A DNA stretch of 32,199 nt from Armatimonadota bacterium (lineage in GTDB: Bacteria; Armatimonadota; Armatimonadia; Armatimonadales; Capsulimonadaceae). A program made the position numbers and the translations under genes. The notes under the pieces were generated by a model. It saw nothing but the letters and a program-made list of their open reading frames with translations, searched no databases and was not told where the DNA came from. Positions 30,751 through 32,199 of this stretch are shown piece after piece (position 1 is the stretch's first letter; each line of letters begins with the position of its first letter). The stretch spans positions 1-32,199 of the forward strand of contig JAYVVR010000202.1 of assembly GCA_043786835.1 (NCBI GenBank). Reading direction: 5' to 3'.

Positions 30751-30776
30751 TTTTATACCCGACTTAGCACGAAAAC

Positions 30777-32199
30777 ATGAAAAAAGCACTGATACTCACG
30801 CTCGACATGGGGACCTCGTCTGTCCGGGCCATGCTGTTTGATACGCGTGGACGGGCGCTCCCGAACGCCGAAGTCCAAAGCGCCTACGCCCAAAATACAA
30901 CGGCTGACGGCGGGGTGCAGACCGACCCGGAAGCCCTCTTAGCGCTAACGGTGAGCTGTCTTAAACAGCTCATTCGCAAAACTGACAACAAGACGCGCGG
31001 ACGCATCGCTGGGGTCGGCGTATCCTGCTTCTGGCATTCTTTGGTCGGTGTCGGCGAAGAGGGACGCGCTGTAACACCGCTGTTCTCGTGGGCGGACTCG
31101 CGGGCGATGGCTCAGGCCGACAAACTCAAAGCCGAAATGGACAGCCTCGCGTACCATCAGCGGACAGGCTGCGTTCTGCATCCCAACTACTGGCCTGCCA
31201 AGCTGCGCTGGCTTCAGGAAACTCAGCCGGAGGGGTTCGGCAAAGCGCGGCTTTGGATGTCGTTCGGCGAGTATCTTCAAATGCGCCTCTTCGGCACCGC
31301 GACCTGCTCTTTGTCCATGGCGTCGGGAACCGGGCTGCTGAATCAAAACACGAAAGAGTGGGACCCGCAAACCCTCTCCGAGATGCCGATTGCCCTGCGC
31401 CAGCTCAGCGCGCTGAGCGCTCAAGACGCGCCCGTCACCGGCCTGGCCCCTGAATATGCGTCCGCACTAGGCCTGCTGAGAGACCTGCCCTGGTTCCCAG
31501 CATCCGGCGACGGCGCATGTTCCAATGTCGGTTCCGGGGCTGTTGACGCAGGCCGTATTGCCATCAATGTCGGCACATCGGGGGCCATACGCGTCGCCGT
31601 CAAAGCCGGCCAAATCGCCATCCCCGAAAAGCTCTTCTGCTACCGGGTGGATGACGAACGGTTCCTCGTCGGCGGCGCCTTCGCAAACGGCGGCAACGTC
31701 TATGCGTGGGCCGAGAAGACCCTCCAGATTGGCGACCGCAGGACCGCCGCGAAAGCCGCTGCCATGTTGACACCAGACGGCCACGGGCTGACGATTTTGC
31801 CCTTCTGGGCCGGAGAGCGTTCGCCGGGCTGGCACACCGGAGCGCGGGCTGCGATTGTCGGCATGAACCTCCACACCACCCCCGCCGAGATTTTGCGGGC
31901 GTCGCTGGAAGCCGTCGCCTTCCAGTTCGCAAACGTTTATGACATTCTCATTCAGCAGTTCCCGTCGGCAACCCAAATCGTCGCGTCCGGCGGGGCTTTA
32001 GTCGGCGACCCGGCGTGGGCGCAGATTATGGCCGATGCGATGGGCGCACCGATCACCGCCAGCCGCGTCGGTGAGGCTACCAGCCGAGGCGCGGCTCTCT
32101 TGGCGTTCAAGTCTCTCGGTCAAATCGCCGACCTGTCCGAAGTCCCCGCGTTTCTTGGGAAAACTTACACACCCGACCCCAAAACACACGAGATTTACC
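30777..32199 (+). CDS. FGGY-family carbohydrate kinase (gluconokinase/xylulokinase-like), 3' end beyond the window
   Basis: Not in the ORF track because no stop is reached. My own translation from ATG 30777 is open to the window end (474 codons): 'MKKALILTLDMGTSSVRAMLFD', 'GDGACSNVGSG', 'FWAGERSPGW', 'ASGGAL' and 'ATSRGAALLA' are FGGY hallmarks. The minus-strand ORFs listed here are shadows. Confidence 0.85.
   Translation, partial: MKKALILTLDMGTSSVRAMLFDTRGRALPNAEVQSAYAQNTTADGGVQTDPEALLALTVSCLKQLIRKTDNKTRGRIAGVGVSCFWHSLVGVGEEGRAVTPLFSWADSRAMAQADKLKAEMDSLAYHQRTGCVLHPNYWPAKLRWLQETQPEGFGKARLWMSFGEYLQMRLFGTATCSLSMASGTGLLNQNTKEWDPQTLSEMPIALRQLSALSAQDAPVTGLAPEYASALGLLRDLPWFPASGDGACSNVGSGAVDAGRIAINVGTSGAIRVAVKAGQIAIPEKLFCYRVDDERFLVGGAFANGGNVYAWAEKTLQIGDRRTAAKAAAMLTPDGHGLTILPFWAGERSPGWHTGARAAIVGMNLHTTPAEILRASLEAVAFQFANVYDILIQQFPSATQIVASGGALVGDPAWAQIMADAMGAPITASRVGEATSRGAALLAFKSLGQIADLSEVPAFLGKTYTPDPKTHEIY

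Noticed and set aside
30945-31976. Several minus-strand ORFs (30945-31424, 31467-31976, 31600-31932)
   Set aside because: All are antisense to a continuous FGGY kinase reading frame with multiple family motifs. Their composition is Arg/Gly/Ala-rich.

Overview
Densely coding, high-GC (roughly 55-60% by eye, not computed) bacterial chromosomal segment with about 42 protein-coding genes. I found no rRNA, tRNA, CRISPR array, transposase or integrase. The organism is probably diderm, based on lipoproteins, an exosortase and a large beta-rich protein ending in Phe; the phylum cannot be fixed from this window. Confident core genes: rpmB, yajQ, an EamA transporter, ftsK, an ABC-2 ATPase/permease pair, a GH15 glycosidase, a HAD hydrolase, pgeF/yfiH, a SPOR-domain protein, cysD, cysN and an FGGY sugar kinase that runs off the 3' edge and is missing from the ORF track. 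Six points deserve a second look. (1) cysD and cysN, normally adjacent, are separated by about 2.2 kb of unrelated cargo, translationally coupled at both junctions: a Cys-rich/DUF5678-like ORF, a retropepsin-like protease with D-T-A instead of D-T-G, an HD phosphohydrolase, a 79-nt palindrome and an unknown ORF. (2) A compact minus-strand operon encodes a SurA-like chaperone, an exosortase, EpsI and a CBM9/DUF5916-like putative outer-membrane protein, with no PEP-CTERM substrate or EPS genes in view. (3) A toxin-antitoxin islet sits after ftsK; its vapBC cassette is bracketed by a diverged duplication of the 5' end of the downstream lycopene-cyclase gene, and six consecutive ORFs are chained by ATGA/GTGA overlaps. 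(4) There are two families of short palindromic repeats; one copy lies in frame inside the ftsK linker, and an inverted pair forms a switch-like structure upstream of the ABC operon. (5) Three modules look decayed: a frameshifted ParE toxin, a disrupted DUF2283 ORF and an orphan antitoxin-like ORF. (6) There are start-site oddities: a probable ATT start with a signal peptide, and two candidate leaderless genes. All family assignments rest on motif recognition by eye; no searches were run.
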